Shown here piece after piece: positions 41,198 through 51,615 of a DNA stretch of 64,000 nucleotides. The stretch covers positions 98,173-162,172 of the forward strand of contig CAYRUS010000001.1 in assembly GCA_964427735.1 (NCBI GenBank), given 5' to 3'. Positions within the stretch are counted from its first letter, which is position 1; each line of letters opens with the position of its first letter. A program made the position numbers and the translations under genes. The DNA is from an uncultured Gammaproteobacteria bacterium. Lineage in GTDB: Bacteria > Patescibacteriota > Microgenomatia > UBA8517. A model generated the notes under the pieces. The model saw only the letters and a program-made list of their open reading frames with translations, searched no databases and was not told where the DNA came from.

Positions 41198-42406
41198 TTA
41201 CTGCTGAATTTTACGAAGAAACGCGGGAATTTCAAATTTCTCACCAAAAACATCATTTTTGTCATTTGAATCCTTATCATCTTTATCATTTTCCTCTTCC
41301 TTCACTGTAGATTGAGTGGTGTGTATCATATCTTCTTCAGTATCTCTTTGTGGTACATTATTGGTTTCATTTGTAACCATCTGCATATCTTGAACTGGTC
41401 GAACACTTTGAGGAACTCTTTCTTGGGACATCTTGGCAAGCCTAGCTCGTGTTTCGTCAAATCCTGTAGCAATTACAGTAATCCTAATTTTGTCGTTCAA
41501 TCCCTCTTTAATAACAGCACCAAATATGATATTGGCATCTGGATCTGCGGCATTAGAAATAATTCTTGCTGCCTCATCAACCTCAAACATAGTCATGTCA
41601 GGACCACCGGCAATGTTAAACAACACTCCACGAGCACCCTCTATTGATAAATCAAGAAGTGGTGAAGATATCGCTGCGCGTGCTGCCATTTGTCCTCTGT
41701 TTTCACCGACACCTGTTCCAAGACCAAGAAGTGCAGAACCTGCATCTTTCATAATTGTCTTAACATCAGCAAAATCTACGTTAATAAGTCCTGCCGTTGT
41801 AATAATCTCTGAAATTCCACCTACAGCCTGCCCTAGGACTGAATCAGCCACCTTGAAAGCCTCGACGAGAGACATTTTTTTATCTATCACATCCATTAAT
41901 CTTTGGTTGGGAATGGCAATAAGCGTATCCACATTTTCGCGGAGCTTATCAATACCTTCTTCTGCAACAACACTTCTCCTTGCACCTTCAAAAGCAAATG
42001 GTTTTGTAACCACTCCAACAGTTAATGCTCCTGCTTCTTTTGCTAATTTTGCGACAGTTGGAGAGGCGCCGGTTCCAGTACCTCCACCCATTCCTGCAGT
42101 AACAAAAACCATATCAGAATCAATCAAAAGTTCTTTTATTTTTTCTACTGACTCTTGAGCTGCCTGCTCACCAATGTCTGGATTTCCACCAACACCTAAA
42201 CCCTTGGTTAATTTTTCTCCTATCTGAAGTTTGGTTGAAGCTTTATTTTGAAGAAGAACCTGTGCATCTGTGTTTATTGCTACAAATTCAACACCTTGAA
42301 TCTCGCCACTTTCGATCATTGAAGTGATGGCATTACCTCCTCCGCCACCTACTCCGATGACTTTAATTTTTGCTATTCGAGCAGAATCTGGTTTTACTAA
42401 CGCCAT
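41198..42406 (-). CDS. ftsZ: Cell division protein FtsZ
   Basis: [27 protein letters not shown]-terminal IPAFLRK. Confidence 0.99.
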   Translation of the reverse strand: MALVKPDSARIAKIKVIGVGGGGGNAITSMIESGEIQGVEFVAINTDAQVLLQNKASTKLQIGEKLTKGLGVGGNPDIGEQAAQESVEKIKELLIDSDMVFVTAGMGGGTGTGASPTVAKLAKEAGALTVGVVTKPFAFEGARRSVVAEEGIDKLRENVDTLIAIPNQRLMDVIDKKMSLVEAFKVADSVLGQAVGGISEIITTAGLINVDFADVKTIMKDAGSALLGLGTGVGENRGQMAARAAISSPLLDLSIEGARGVLFNIAGGPDMTMFEVDEAARIISNAADPDANIIFGAVIKEGLNDKIRITVIATGFDETRARLAKMSQERVPQSVRPVQDMQMVTNETNNVPQRDTEEDMIHTTQSTVKEEENDKDDKDSNDKNDVFGEKFEIPAFLRKIQQ

Positions 42407-42429
42407 AAGTTTATAGCTTCTTAGGGCAG

Positions 42430-42458
42430 ATTGTATATGAGGCTTTGGATAAAGTAAA
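42430..42458 (-). promoter_or_regulatory. Putative internal promoter for ftsZ
   Basis: TTTACT-N17-TACAAT on the minus strand in the ftsA-ftsZ gap. Confidence 0.5.
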
Positions 42459-42507
42459 GCATGTGACTTTATCTGCCATTAGTAACACAAACAAAATTTT
42501 TAACAAA

Positions 42508-43776
42508 TCAAGGTAGCAGTTCTTTAAACTTTTCTACAAAATTTCCAAGTAATCCTTTGCTTGGTATTCTTAATTTTTTGGCAAAAGGCATTCCTGCATC
42601 ATGAGCGTCTTCTTTAGAACCAAAAATTATCAAGCCAATCGGTACTGCGTATGCTGGACTTAAGACATCATCTACTAAACCTGTAACTCCTTGTGGTACA
42701 CCAATTCGAACAGGTAAAGACAACATTCTCTTTGCAGAATCTATAACACCTACAGTCTCAGCCCCTCCACCAGTTACAATTGCACCTGATGGAATACTCG
42801 TTGCAAGCCCCGCTTTTTCCAAATCAAGCCTTACCATTGTAAATATTTCATTTAGTCTTGGTCTAATTATTCCTTCTACTAAAGTTTTTCGAGATACATT
42901 CTTTATTTCTTTTAATCCCAACTTGTCTAAGTCAATCTGATCACTGTCCTCATCTTCACTTTTCTTGTCCGTATCAGCTGATAAGTATAGTTTTATCTTC
43001 TCAGCAGATTCTAATGAGACTCGAAGACCTATTGCAAGATCGTTGGTAACATTTTTAGCACCAATTGGAATTACAGAGGAATATGCTAAAGATCCATCTA
43101 TAAAAGCTGCGACAGAAGTAGTTCCACCACCTATATCAACAACAACACAGCCCAACTCCTTTTCCGTGTTTGAGAGAACTGCCTCTGATGCGGCAACACC
43201 AGTAAATATCATGTTTTCAATATTTATACCAACTTCTGTAATTGCTTTTCGAATATTTCTAACCGAAGCCGCAGAGGCCGTCACCACATGTGTCTCCACC
43301 TCAAGTCTTACCCCACTCATCCCTATGGGGTCTTTGACTCCTGAATCACCATCAACACTAAAATCACGAGGTATGACATGTAGAACCTCTCTTGATGAGG
43401 GAAGGTTAATTGCAGAAGCTGCTTCGATAACTCTATCTATATCATCTACTGTTATTTCCTCATCTGGCCTAGAAACTGCTACAACACCTCTGGAATTTTG
43501 AGAGTTAATATTTCCTCCTCCAACTGCAAGATATGCTGAATCAAGATTATAACCAGCCATTCTTTCAGCTGCCTCAACGCTTTCGATAACTGCTTCCACT
43601 GCTTCTTCAATATTTACAATTTGACCTTTGCGTACTCCATGTGACTCGACTGAAGACACACCTACTATGCTTATCTTTTTCTCGAAAGTTACTTGATCTG
43701 ACTGAAGCTGGGCTATAATCGTTGATATTTTACTAGATCCCAACTCAATTCCTGCAATAATTCTGTTTCTAGACAT
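42508..43776 (-). CDS. ftsA: Cell division protein FtsA
   Basis: GIELGSSKI, G.RKG.IVNIE, P.GMSGVRLE, DIGGGTT, TGGGA. Confidence 0.97.
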   Translation of the reverse strand: MSRNRIIAGIELGSSKISTIIAQLQSDQVTFEKKISIVGVSSVESHGVRKGQIVNIEEAVEAVIESVEAAERMAGYNLDSAYLAVGGGNINSQNSRGVVAVSRPDEEITVDDIDRVIEAASAINLPSSREVLHVIPRDFSVDGDSGVKDPIGMSGVRLEVETHVVTASAASVRNIRKAITEVGINIENMIFTGVAASEAVLSNTEKELGCVVVDIGGGTTSVAAFIDGSLAYSSVIPIGAKNVTNDLAIGLRVSLESAEKIKLYLSADTDKKSEDEDSDQIDLDKLGLKEIKNVSRKTLVEGIIRPRLNEIFTMVRLDLEKAGLATSIPSGAIVTGGGAETVGVIDSAKRMLSLPVRIGVPQGVTGLVDDVLSPAYAVPIGLIIFGSKEDAHDAGMPFAKKLRIPSKGLLGNFVEKFKELLP

Positions 43777-43896
43777 AAAACTATGTGGTTTACGAATTTA
43801 TATTATCATTTATACATTAATTACTTAAAGTAGCAAATATACTCAATAATTAGCTTATTCTACAGTATCAATGATACTTTGATTAGAAAAAGTTAT

Positions 43897-44595
43897 CTAC
43901 CTGATAATTGGATTTTCGTATCGCAAATCAACCTCACTAATTTTTATTTTATTATCATTAAGATTTTCTTCAATCTGGGAAAGTATAAATTGCAGTTTTC
44001 CCATTAACAAATCAATATTCTCGTCTACTGGAAAAATAACTTTTACGCCTTGTGGAAAAACAGCAACAACCGAACCAGAACTAAACTCTCCATGCCTTAT
44101 GCCATAGCTTTTGTAGAGTACGTTCAATAATTCAAGACCACTTTTTTTTGAATCATCAATAGATTGCCCTACATCAACCCCTTCCATATCTACTGATAAA
44201 TATGGCAAGGCAGTTGCATCCTGTATAGAAAGTACTTTTCCTGAACTGCTTATCAGCATATATTTGTTAAGGTTGGTAATTTTTAGTGCATAATCAGCTG
44301 ATTCCTGGATAAAAAATACTTCTACGCGATTAAATGGAATATAATGAAAGCGCACCATAGAAACTCCTTTATTTTCTAATAAATATGTTGATGCCTTTTT
44401 CTTAAAGGAGAAATAATTAGATTCTGAAAACTTATTTAAATCATTCAGTGTGGTACTATCACATGCACCATACTGTGTTGTACAACTCACTTCATTCACA
44501 ATTGCAAGTCTAGAATAGACAATAAATATAATCAAAAATAATAGTAATATCCCAAATACTGTTACTTTTTTTCTATGTTTAATACTTCTTTTCAT
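43897..44595 (-). CDS. ftsQ: FtsQ/DivIB-like protein
   Basis: Single N-terminal TM, C-terminal VDLRYENPII, position between murG and ftsA. Confidence 0.7.
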   Translation of the reverse strand: MKRSIKHRKKVTVFGILLLFLIIFIVYSRLAIVNEVSCTTQYGACDSTTLNDLNKFSESNYFSFKKKASTYLLENKGVSMVRFHYIPFNRVEVFFIQESADYALKITNLNKYMLISSSGKVLSIQDATALPYLSVDMEGVDVGQSIDDSKKSGLELLNVLYKSYGIRHGEFSSGSVVAVFPQGVKVIFPVDENIDLLMGKLQFILSQIEENLNDNKIKISEVDLRYENPIIR

Positions 44596-45706
44596 CTAAA
44601 AGGGAGGATACTAAATTAACAAGTCTTTCCGATGCTTTTTCATCTGTACTTTCTTTATTAGATACTTTATTAATTATGTTTTGCCAATTATTATCAACTT
44701 TTATAATTTCATCTAATAGTCTTTCTCCATTTAAATCTTTCTGGGGAAGAATACTCGCTATCCCATAATCTTTTGCATAAATAGCATTCTTTGTTTGTTC
44801 ATCCAAGTAACTCCATGGAATAGGTATTAAAACTGCTGGCCTTTTTGTATAAATTATTTCGGAAACAGTATTAGCACCCGCCCTTGATATAATAATATCT
44901 GCTTCCTGAAAATACTCTTTAATATCATTTGGTTCAGCAATTGAAAAAACTTTATATTTTTTCTGCTTTTGACTATCTAAATTTTTATAAATATTCTCTG
45001 CTTTATCGAAATCAAGATGTCCTACCTGATGAATAACTTTATATTTTTTTAGAAGTTTATCCAAAATCTCAAATACAGCATTATTTATAATTTGTGATCC
45101 TCTAGAACCACCGGTTATATAGATTACTTTAGGCTTATTTGGGGTCTTTTTAATTTTCACATTTTTGATTTTATTGCTTATTGGATTTCCAATCACTGCA
45201 GACTTCTCTTTTGGAAAATATTTTTTGCTAGTTTCTCGGGCGAGAGCTATTTTAGAAGCAAAATAAGAGCTTTTTCTATTGGCCAACCCAGCAGCACTGG
45301 TTTGTTCATGAATCAATATTGGTTTTCTCCTGATCCAAGCATTAACTATAATAGGAAAAGCTGCAAATCCTCCAAAAGACAAAACTACACTAGGATTTAT
45401 CTTTTTCAAAATCAGAAATCCATGGATAAATCCAATGGGGATTTTTAAGAGGGAAACAAGTGACTGAACACTTAATTTTCGTTGTATTTTACCAGTATAA
45501 ACATAATACATATTGACACCAGTTTTTGAAAATATATTTTTTTCAAGTGTTGGAACATTTTTCCCTTCTAAGGCATACCTTGCCCCAACCCAATACAAAT
45601 CCCAATTTTTCCCTTGTCTTTTTATTTCTTCGATAGTAGAAAGTGCAGTTGTAGCAGCATGTCCTCCTGTTAACAGTATATTGAATTTGTCCGGTTTATT
45701 TTTCAT
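44579..45706 (-). CDS. murG: Lipid I N-acetylglucosaminyltransferase MurG
   Basis: TGGH, FGGF, IHEQ...GLANR, GNP, TGGSRGS, ISRAGA, EQ.KNA. Confidence 0.95.
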   Translation of the reverse strand: MKNKPDKFNILLTGGHAATTALSTIEEIKRQGKNWDLYWVGARYALEGKNVPTLEKNIFSKTGVNMYYVYTGKIQRKLSVQSLVSLLKIPIGFIHGFLILKKINPSVVLSFGGFAAFPIIVNAWIRRKPILIHEQTSAAGLANRKSSYFASKIALARETSKKYFPKEKSAVIGNPISNKIKNVKIKKTPNKPKVIYITGGSRGSQIINNAVFEILDKLLKKYKVIHQVGHLDFDKAENIYKNLDSQKQKKYKVFSIAEPNDIKEYFQEADIIISRAGANTVSEIIYTKRPAVLIPIPWSYLDEQTKNAIYAKDYGIASILPQKDLNGERLLDEIIKVDNNWQNIINKVSNKESTDEKASERLVNLVSSLLDEKKY

Positions 45707-46796
45707 CCGAGTATTTTGAAATATTTAATAGTATACCAGTAGCAAAAAGGATCATCACCAATGCAGATCCACCATACGAAAAAAATGGTAATGGTACTCC
45801 CGTCAATGGAACAAGAGCAACCATTGCAGCTATGTTCAACAAAGCTTGTCCGCCAATCCATACTGTTAAACCTAGTGACAAACTTTTGGAAAAATCATCT
45901 GGAGCACGAACCGCAATCGACAAAGCCTTGTAAATAAACGTACACAATAGTGCAATAATTACTATCGCTCCTAAAAATCCTGTCTCTTCTGCAATAACTG
46001 CAAAAATAGAATCACTCGCAGATTCTGGTAAAAATAAATATTTTTGTCGTGATTTTCCCAAACCTACACCCGTAAAACCTCCCATCCCTAGAGCGTATAA
46101 TATTTGACGTATGTGATAACCTTTTCCTAAAGGATCACTAGTGACTTGAATGAATGTCATTAACCTGTCTCTTCTGTAATCAGACAACAATACTAAGGCT
46201 GAACTAGCAATTCCCCCGGATAGAAGGATTAAACCAAATTGTTTCAAATTTACTCCAGATACAAAAATCTGTGATAATGCTATTGTGGAAAGCGCGATTG
46301 CAGTTCCCAAATCAGGTTGTAACATAATAAGTACCCCAACTAATCCCAAAGGTACTAAGTAAGCAATTAAATCCTTTTTGCTTTGAGTTAATTTAGCGAA
46401 ATAAAGTGCTATTGCAAGTTTTGCAAATTCTGACGGTTGAAATGAAAGTGGACCTAAAGCAAGCCATCTTCTTGCCCCAAGAACTTTTGTACCTATTCCT
46501 GGGATTACAACTAAAATTAGGGCAAATATACTAGCACCAAAAATATAAATTGAAAATTTGCTCCAAATGCTATAGTGAATCTTTGTGGTTACTATCATCA
46601 AAATTATTCCAAATAATGCCCATACCAATTGCTGCTTGACGAAAAAAAACTTATCATCAAAAGCATTCAACGCCTGAGGAGCACTTGCATCAGCAACAAC
46701 TATTAATCCAAGGACTGTAAGCCCTAATGTTAACAAAAACAAGCTTTTATCTATATTTCCGGATTTGCTTTTTATTTTATAGCGTTTTCTTCGCAC
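45696..46796 (-). CDS. ftsW: SEDS glycosyltransferase FtsW
   Basis: GARRW, FQPSEFAK, QPDLG, G.G.G.SRQK..FLPE, PLTGVPLPF.SYGG. Confidence 0.95.
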   Translation of the reverse strand: MRRKRYKIKSKSGNIDKSLFLLTLGLTVLGLIVVADASAPQALNAFDDKFFFVKQQLVWALFGIILMIVTTKIHYSIWSKFSIYIFGASIFALILVVIPGIGTKVLGARRWLALGPLSFQPSEFAKLAIALYFAKLTQSKKDLIAYLVPLGLVGVLIMLQPDLGTAIALSTIALSQIFVSGVNLKQFGLILLSGGIASSALVLLSDYRRDRLMTFIQVTSDPLGKGYHIRQILYALGMGGFTGVGLGKSRQKYLFLPESASDSIFAVIAEETGFLGAIVIIALLCTFIYKALSIAVRAPDDFSKSLSLGLTVWIGGQALLNIAAMVALVPLTGVPLPFFSYGGSALVMILFATGILLNISKYSDEK

Positions 46797-46853
46797 ACTA
46801 TTATGTTAGCTTTTTCGAGGGTTTGAAGCTATATGAATTTTTACCAAAACTTT

Positions 46854-47921
46854 CTATATTGTGGCAAGCCAAAGACCAAAAATAGCAAGCATTATTCCGG
46901 CCAACCAGGCTCTCATAACTATCTTAGGCTCTTCCCAGCCCAGCGCTTCAAAAGTATGATGTAGTGGCGCAACCGGAAATATGGGTTTATTCATAATTCT
47001 CCATCCAAATATCTGGATAGCAGAAGAGGCTAATTCTAATACAAAAATTCCTCCTATAACAAAAAGAGCAACTACACCTCCAGTTAAAAGTCCGATAACA
47101 CCCATCATTGCTCCAAAAGATAAAGCCCCCGCATCTCCTAAAAATATCCTCGCTGGCCAAACATTAAAATACAAAAATGCCATTATACTTCCAAGCCATA
47201 ATGCTATAAAAAAAGATAACGGTGTATCTAGACTGCTTGCTGCAATGACTCCAAAAGCCACCAAAAAAATAGCTAAAAGTCCTACAGATAACCCATCAAG
47301 TCCGTCAGTTATATTTAAAGCATTACTGAAAAAAACTATTATGAATGCAGCAAAAGGTACAAAAATTAGTCCGAGGTCGATTGTAAGGCCTAGTAAAGGA
47401 ATATAAATTATGCTTATACCTAAAGCGGAATATAGCATGTATGCAATAATTCCACCGAAAATCCATTGTAATATAAACTTTTGCTTATCAGTTAAACCAT
47501 AATGTAATAATTTCCTGCCTTTGCTGGGCTTACCAAATATCTTAACAAGATCATCAGAAAGTCCTATTGCCCCAAAAGACAGAAATGTTAAAAAAATCAC
47601 TCTAAGTTCAGAACGAAAATCATAGGCACTGCGAATATAGACACCCATATGAGATGCGAATGGAAAGAGTAAAAAAAATAAAAGGCTAACAATTGCTATA
47701 ATTAATATTCCCCCCCCAATAGGGGTACCAGCTTTTTTGTCGTGAAGTTTATCAAAAATATGAACATCACCTGTTTTAGGAGCTTGTTTTCTTCTTGTTA
47801 GTTTAAACTTATAAAGGATATTTATAAAAGGGACAATAATAATACTAGTAATAAAAAACGAAAACATCAAGAGACCTAAAAATAAAGTGATGGAGTTACC
47901 TGTCATATAATCGTCTCTCAA
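46854..47921 (-). CDS. mraY: Phospho-MurNAc-pentapeptide transferase MraY
   Basis: K.GTP.GG, DD, N.TDGLDGL, FN..PA.IF.GD.G, APLHH.FE..GW.E. Confidence 0.96.
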   Translation of the reverse strand: MRDDYMTGNSITLFLGLLMFSFFITSIIIVPFINILYKFKLTRRKQAPKTGDVHIFDKLHDKKAGTPIGGGILIIAIVSLLFFLLFPFASHMGVYIRSAYDFRSELRVIFLTFLSFGAIGLSDDLVKIFGKPSKGRKLLHYGLTDKQKFILQWIFGGIIAYMLYSALGISIIYIPLLGLTIDLGLIFVPFAAFIIVFFSNALNITDGLDGLSVGLLAIFLVAFGVIAASSLDTPLSFFIALWLGSIMAFLYFNVWPARIFLGDAGALSFGAMMGVIGLLTGGVVALFVIGGIFVLELASSAIQIFGWRIMNKPIFPVAPLHHTFEALGWEEPKIVMRAWLAGIMLAIFGLWLATI

Positions 47922-47943
47922 TTATAAGTAATGAAGTATGCTA

Positions 47944-49185
47944 TTACAACTTCTCTATAAGTTTTTCTAAACCAATAGATCTAGAACCTTTAATAAGTAC
48001 TACTGTATTAGTATTTAGAATCGGGTTTAAGATAGACAGTGCATCACTCCATTTATCTACGTGGTAAACATGATCCTTATTCATTCCAGCTTTAATGGCT
48101 TTTTGCCCTAAATACTTAGTCAAATTCCCAACACCAATCAAGTATTTGATATTTTTCCTAGCAAGATATTCACCTAATTTTTCGTGGCTAACTCTGTCAA
48201 GTTTACCTAATTCTAACATGTCACCAAATACAACTATTTTTTCATGCTGGTTTGTAATATTTGAAATTTGTAGCAATGTATCAATTGCAAGCTTAGCTGC
48301 TCGTGGATTGTTGTTGTAGGAATCATCTACAATAGTGGCTCCGGAATCATGTTGAAATATTTTCATTCTATGTTCCATAGGATTGAACGATTCTAAACCT
48401 TTTTTTATTAAAGAATAATCAATAGAAAATATACTAGCAACACATGCTGCTGCTAGTGAGTTTTCGACAAACTGTTTGCCTACGACAGGCAATTCAATGT
48501 TAATACTTTTCCCTAAATAAGATAATTCAAATGTAGTTGTAAATTTCTCTGTTATCCTGATTGATTTTGCTTCTATTTTGGTACCATTTCCAAACCATAT
48601 AATTCTTGCCACAGTTTCCCGAGACAAATTTGATGAATTTTCATCATCTCTATTTAATACTGCATAATCACTTTTACCTAAACTCTTAATTATTTTCCCT
48701 TTTTCCTCAAGTACTCCTTGAACATCTCCAAAATATTCAGTATGAGTTGCATCGATATTTGTTATAACTGAAACGTCCGGCTTTGCGAGCCACATATAAA
48801 AGTCCATATCACCTGGATATTCGATTCCCATTTCTAAAACTAAGTAACGACTATTTGTTCGTGATCGAAAGATGGTAGAGGGTATATTAAAAACAGGATC
48901 TATATTATCTCTAGAATAAACCGTATTATCGTGTTGCTTTAAAATAGACGAAATCATTTCTTTAGTTGTTGATTTTCCTGCACTCCCAGTAATTCCAATT
49001 ACTTTTAGATTTCCTTGTTTTCGAAGATACTCTAAATAACCGCGTGCCACCTTTCGTTTCAAAGGATGATAAATCCAATCCTTAGAAAATCTGAAGACAG
49101 CTTCTAAGTCGTTCAAATTACTTTTATAGTAATTTTCAGAAAGTTTTTGTCCTTGCCAAAGTTTCACTAATTTTTCCCTATTCAT
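47944..49185 (-). CDS. murF: UDP-MurNAc-tripeptide--D-Ala-D-Ala ligase MurF (short N terminus)
   Basis: GITGSAGKSTTKEM, VLEMG, DDSYN.NP, GDMLELG, LIKGSR. Confidence 0.92.
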   Translation of the reverse strand: MNREKLVKLWQGQKLSENYYKSNLNDLEAVFRFSKDWIYHPLKRKVARGYLEYLRKQGNLKVIGITGSAGKSTTKEMISSILKQHDNTVYSRDNIDPVFNIPSTIFRSRTNSRYLVLEMGIEYPGDMDFYMWLAKPDVSVITNIDATHTEYFGDVQGVLEEKGKIIKSLGKSDYAVLNRDDENSSNLSRETVARIIWFGNGTKIEAKSIRITEKFTTTFELSYLGKSINIELPVVGKQFVENSLAAACVASIFSIDYSLIKKGLESFNPMEHRMKIFQHDSGATIVDDSYNNNPRAAKLAIDTLLQISNITNQHEKIVVFGDMLELGKLDRVSHEKLGEYLARKNIKYLIGVGNLTKYLGQKAIKAGMNKDHVYHVDKWSDALSILNPILNTNTVVLIKGSRSIGLEKLIEKL

Positions 49186-49200
49186 ATATAATCTTAAAAG

Positions 49201-49842
49201 TTAAAAATCTGGGGAAACACAAACATGGTAACAAGCCAACCTTTTACCAACCTCCCCATTAATATTTTCTATTTTGTATTCATGTATAAAATTTATACGG
49301 CCTTGTTCGTGTAATTCTTGAAGGATATCTCTCAAAATTTCGGTGTATTTGGGATCGTACCCATTATCCAACCTACTACTTACTGGTTTTCTTTCTTTAC
49401 CTTTATAATATCCAGTAGGATCAAAATCTATTGCTGCTCCTGCTTGATGTGAACTTACTTCAGCTGCATTTTCACCCTGATTAATTAACTTTTGTTGTAA
49501 CTCTTCAGATCTATAAAGCGAAGAAATTGAGAGTACAACATCAGGTTGTAAGCCAGAGGCTTTAATACGTTTGGACCACTCTATTTGTATAACATTCAAC
49601 ATATTTAGCGCTTGTGGATTAAGAAAACGAGGTTCATCATCTTCCCTTAATGCTCTTATCATACCGTAAGATTCACCTTCTGTTGGAACTTCAACCAAAT
49701 CACCTTTTGCTAATGCTTTCACTGGATCTGAAATGATATTGTCTTTCCACCAATCTAGTTCTATTTGCGCCAGCGCTCTTACTCTATCAAGTTCCTTTAT
49801 AGCGCCGTCTTGAATAACTTCTATATTCTTAGATTCAGTCAT
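49201..49842 (-). CDS. DUF5715-like / M15 (hedgehog-DD-peptidase fold) metallopeptidase (likely start ATG 49842)
   Basis: SSLYRS...Q, SSHQAGAAIDF (SxHxxGxAxD), C-terminal CYHV; no signal peptide. Confidence 0.7.
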   Translation of the reverse strand: MTESKNIEVIQDGAIKELDRVRALAQIELDWWKDNIISDPVKALAKGDLVEVPTEGESYGMIRALREDDEPRFLNPQALNMLNVIQIEWSKRIKASGLQPDVVLSISSLYRSEELQQKLINQGENAAEVSSHQAGAAIDFDPTGYYKGKERKPVSSRLDNGYDPKYTEILRDILQELHEQGRINFIHEYKIENINGEVGKRLACYHVCVSPDF

Positions 49843-49846
49843 TAGT

Positions 49847-50548
49847 TTATCCTTTATAAGCAATGAGCCTTCTTGTAAATAGCTTATCAAATTCTTTTCT
49901 ACCCAAGTATGCCTTTTTTCCTAAACCATTGTAGCTGTTCGGGTCATGAAACCAAAATCCTTCGACTGTTTTATCTTTGCTTAATTTATATCCATAAACC
50001 AAATACTGATGTCCGCCAGTTTCACTCTTGACAGAAGCAGCTACTAAATAATCATTGTTAATTAAACGGGCAATCATACTCGAGGGTACATATTTCATAA
50101 TCTCAGCTGTTAATCCATAATTTCTAGCTAATTCAGCAAGCGTATTATGATACCATCCGATATCATTTTCAACATCGTACCCTCTCAGTTTCACACCTTG
50201 GACAACCAGCTCCATTAACGTTTTTTCTGGTTTTTTGAACGAGCTCATTGCCATTTTCAAAACCGCCAGTGAACATGATCTCCATGCCCAATATTCAAAC
50301 TGCTGCTTATTCTTGGCACCAAACTGCAACAGCGCATTTTCATCGTTAATTTCACCATAAAATTCTTTGATCGTCTTACTATCTGCTCCACCTAATTGGC
50401 TAATATATTCAGGATTAAATTTACTAAAATAATCTCCTGATTCGAGTTTAGAAAATTCAACTTCAATTTTCTTATCCTTAAATATAGAAATTAGATACCC
50501 AATAGTGTCGTGATAAATACTTTTAGAAAAGTTACTAATCTCCTTCAT
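49847..50548 (-). CDS. C39-like cysteine peptidase
   Basis: YISQL, WRSCSLAVLKM (Cys), GWYH, GGHQYLVYGY (His), FHDP (Asp); no signal peptide. Confidence 0.72.
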   Translation of the reverse strand: MKEISNFSKSIYHDTIGYLISIFKDKKIEVEFSKLESGDYFSKFNPEYISQLGGADSKTIKEFYGEINDENALLQFGAKNKQQFEYWAWRSCSLAVLKMAMSSFKKPEKTLMELVVQGVKLRGYDVENDIGWYHNTLAELARNYGLTAEIMKYVPSSMIARLINNDYLVAASVKSETGGHQYLVYGYKLSKDKTVEGFWFHDPNSYNGLGKKAYLGRKEFDKLFTRRLIAYKG

Positions 50549-50552
50549 TTTA

Positions 50553-50795
50553 CTATTTGTCCTTATCTTCGTAGTCCAAACTGTAGACTATCTTCTCTAT
50601 TTCTACAGAAACCTTTTCGCCCGTAATTTTAATAATTTTAGCATTATGTGGTTGTTCATGAAATTTGCAATTAATTATATCTGGTGGAACATCTGCTAAA
50701 AAAGAAAAATATATTGTGAATTCTTCTCCTGTTTCCAAACATTCATAAATAACTGGTAAAGCTAGCTCTTTTCTTGGATCCCTTTCAGATGTCAT
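50553..50795 (-). CDS. Small hypothetical protein with a Cys/His pattern
   Basis: 80 aa; YECLETG...NCKFH..PH, a possible metal site. Confidence 0.6.
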   Translation of the reverse strand: MTSERDPRKELALPVIYECLETGEEFTIYFSFLADVPPDIINCKFHEQPHNAKIIKITGEKVSVEIEKIVYSLDYEDKDK

Positions 50796-50825
50796 TGTGG
50801 CCTATATTATAAAGCAATGATATAT

Positions 50826-51615
50826 TTATACAAAACTTAGCCGTCTAAATTCAAGCCTTTTATCTTTATATAAATTGTTCCACTCATCACTTAGAATGTA
50901 TTGACCATCTATATGAAAATTGTTTTCCTCAACAACCAATTTATCGATATGAAGACCTACTGGGGCAAGTTGTAATGTGGATTGGCAGACAAATAAATCT
51001 TTTTGCCTTCTTAATATTAATGCAACATGAGTGTATTTATTATTTTTTTTACTCTTCTTTAAAATCAAATCTAATTCGCGTGCTTCACCCGGATTAATAA
51101 TTTTTATTGAACTACTTGCAAAAACAAATGCACCTGCTCTGTAAACTCCTCTTTTAGAATTATTGCGACATTTTAAATGATTTTCTAATATCCCGTCTAA
51201 ACCGGCTTCACGGAATGCAAAATCAAGTACATTGTAGACCAATCCAGAGCAATCAATACCTAAACCAAAAAAAAGCATGTAATCTCTTATGTTATCTTTT
51301 ATAGAGTTTTTTTTTAAATCAAATTCATAAGAACTGCTCAACTTAATTAATGATTTTTTTAATTTGCTCTGGCAAACCTTTTTCCCGATACCATCCATAC
51401 TCAACTTTTCTTTTAACATATAATTCATGAACAATATCAATCATTTCTTCATCTACAGTAGCTTTTCTCATTAAGTTTATAAAATGCTCTTCTACTATAT
51501 TACTATGATATGGTGTTGTAACTTTCGTACCAAAGATATCAAGATTGTTATAATTTTGAATCATATCCCAGCTGTACTTATTTAATAAATTTAATAGTTT
51601 ATTGTTATTTTGCAT
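50826..51615 (-). pseudogene. NlpC/P60-like cysteine peptidase split by a frameshift at an A7 run (51354-51360)
   Basis: ORF 51343-51615 (overlapping the murE stop) joins ORF 50826-51440 (GIDCSGLV, DLI, THVAL) if one A is removed: EQI-KK-SLIKL. Confidence 0.72.

Noticed and set aside
41312-43501. Long plus-strand ORFs (for example 41433-42158 and 42965-43501) and other antisense ORFs in the track
   Set aside because: They are shadows of ftsZ, ftsA and other well-supported minus-strand genes, with no motifs or start signals
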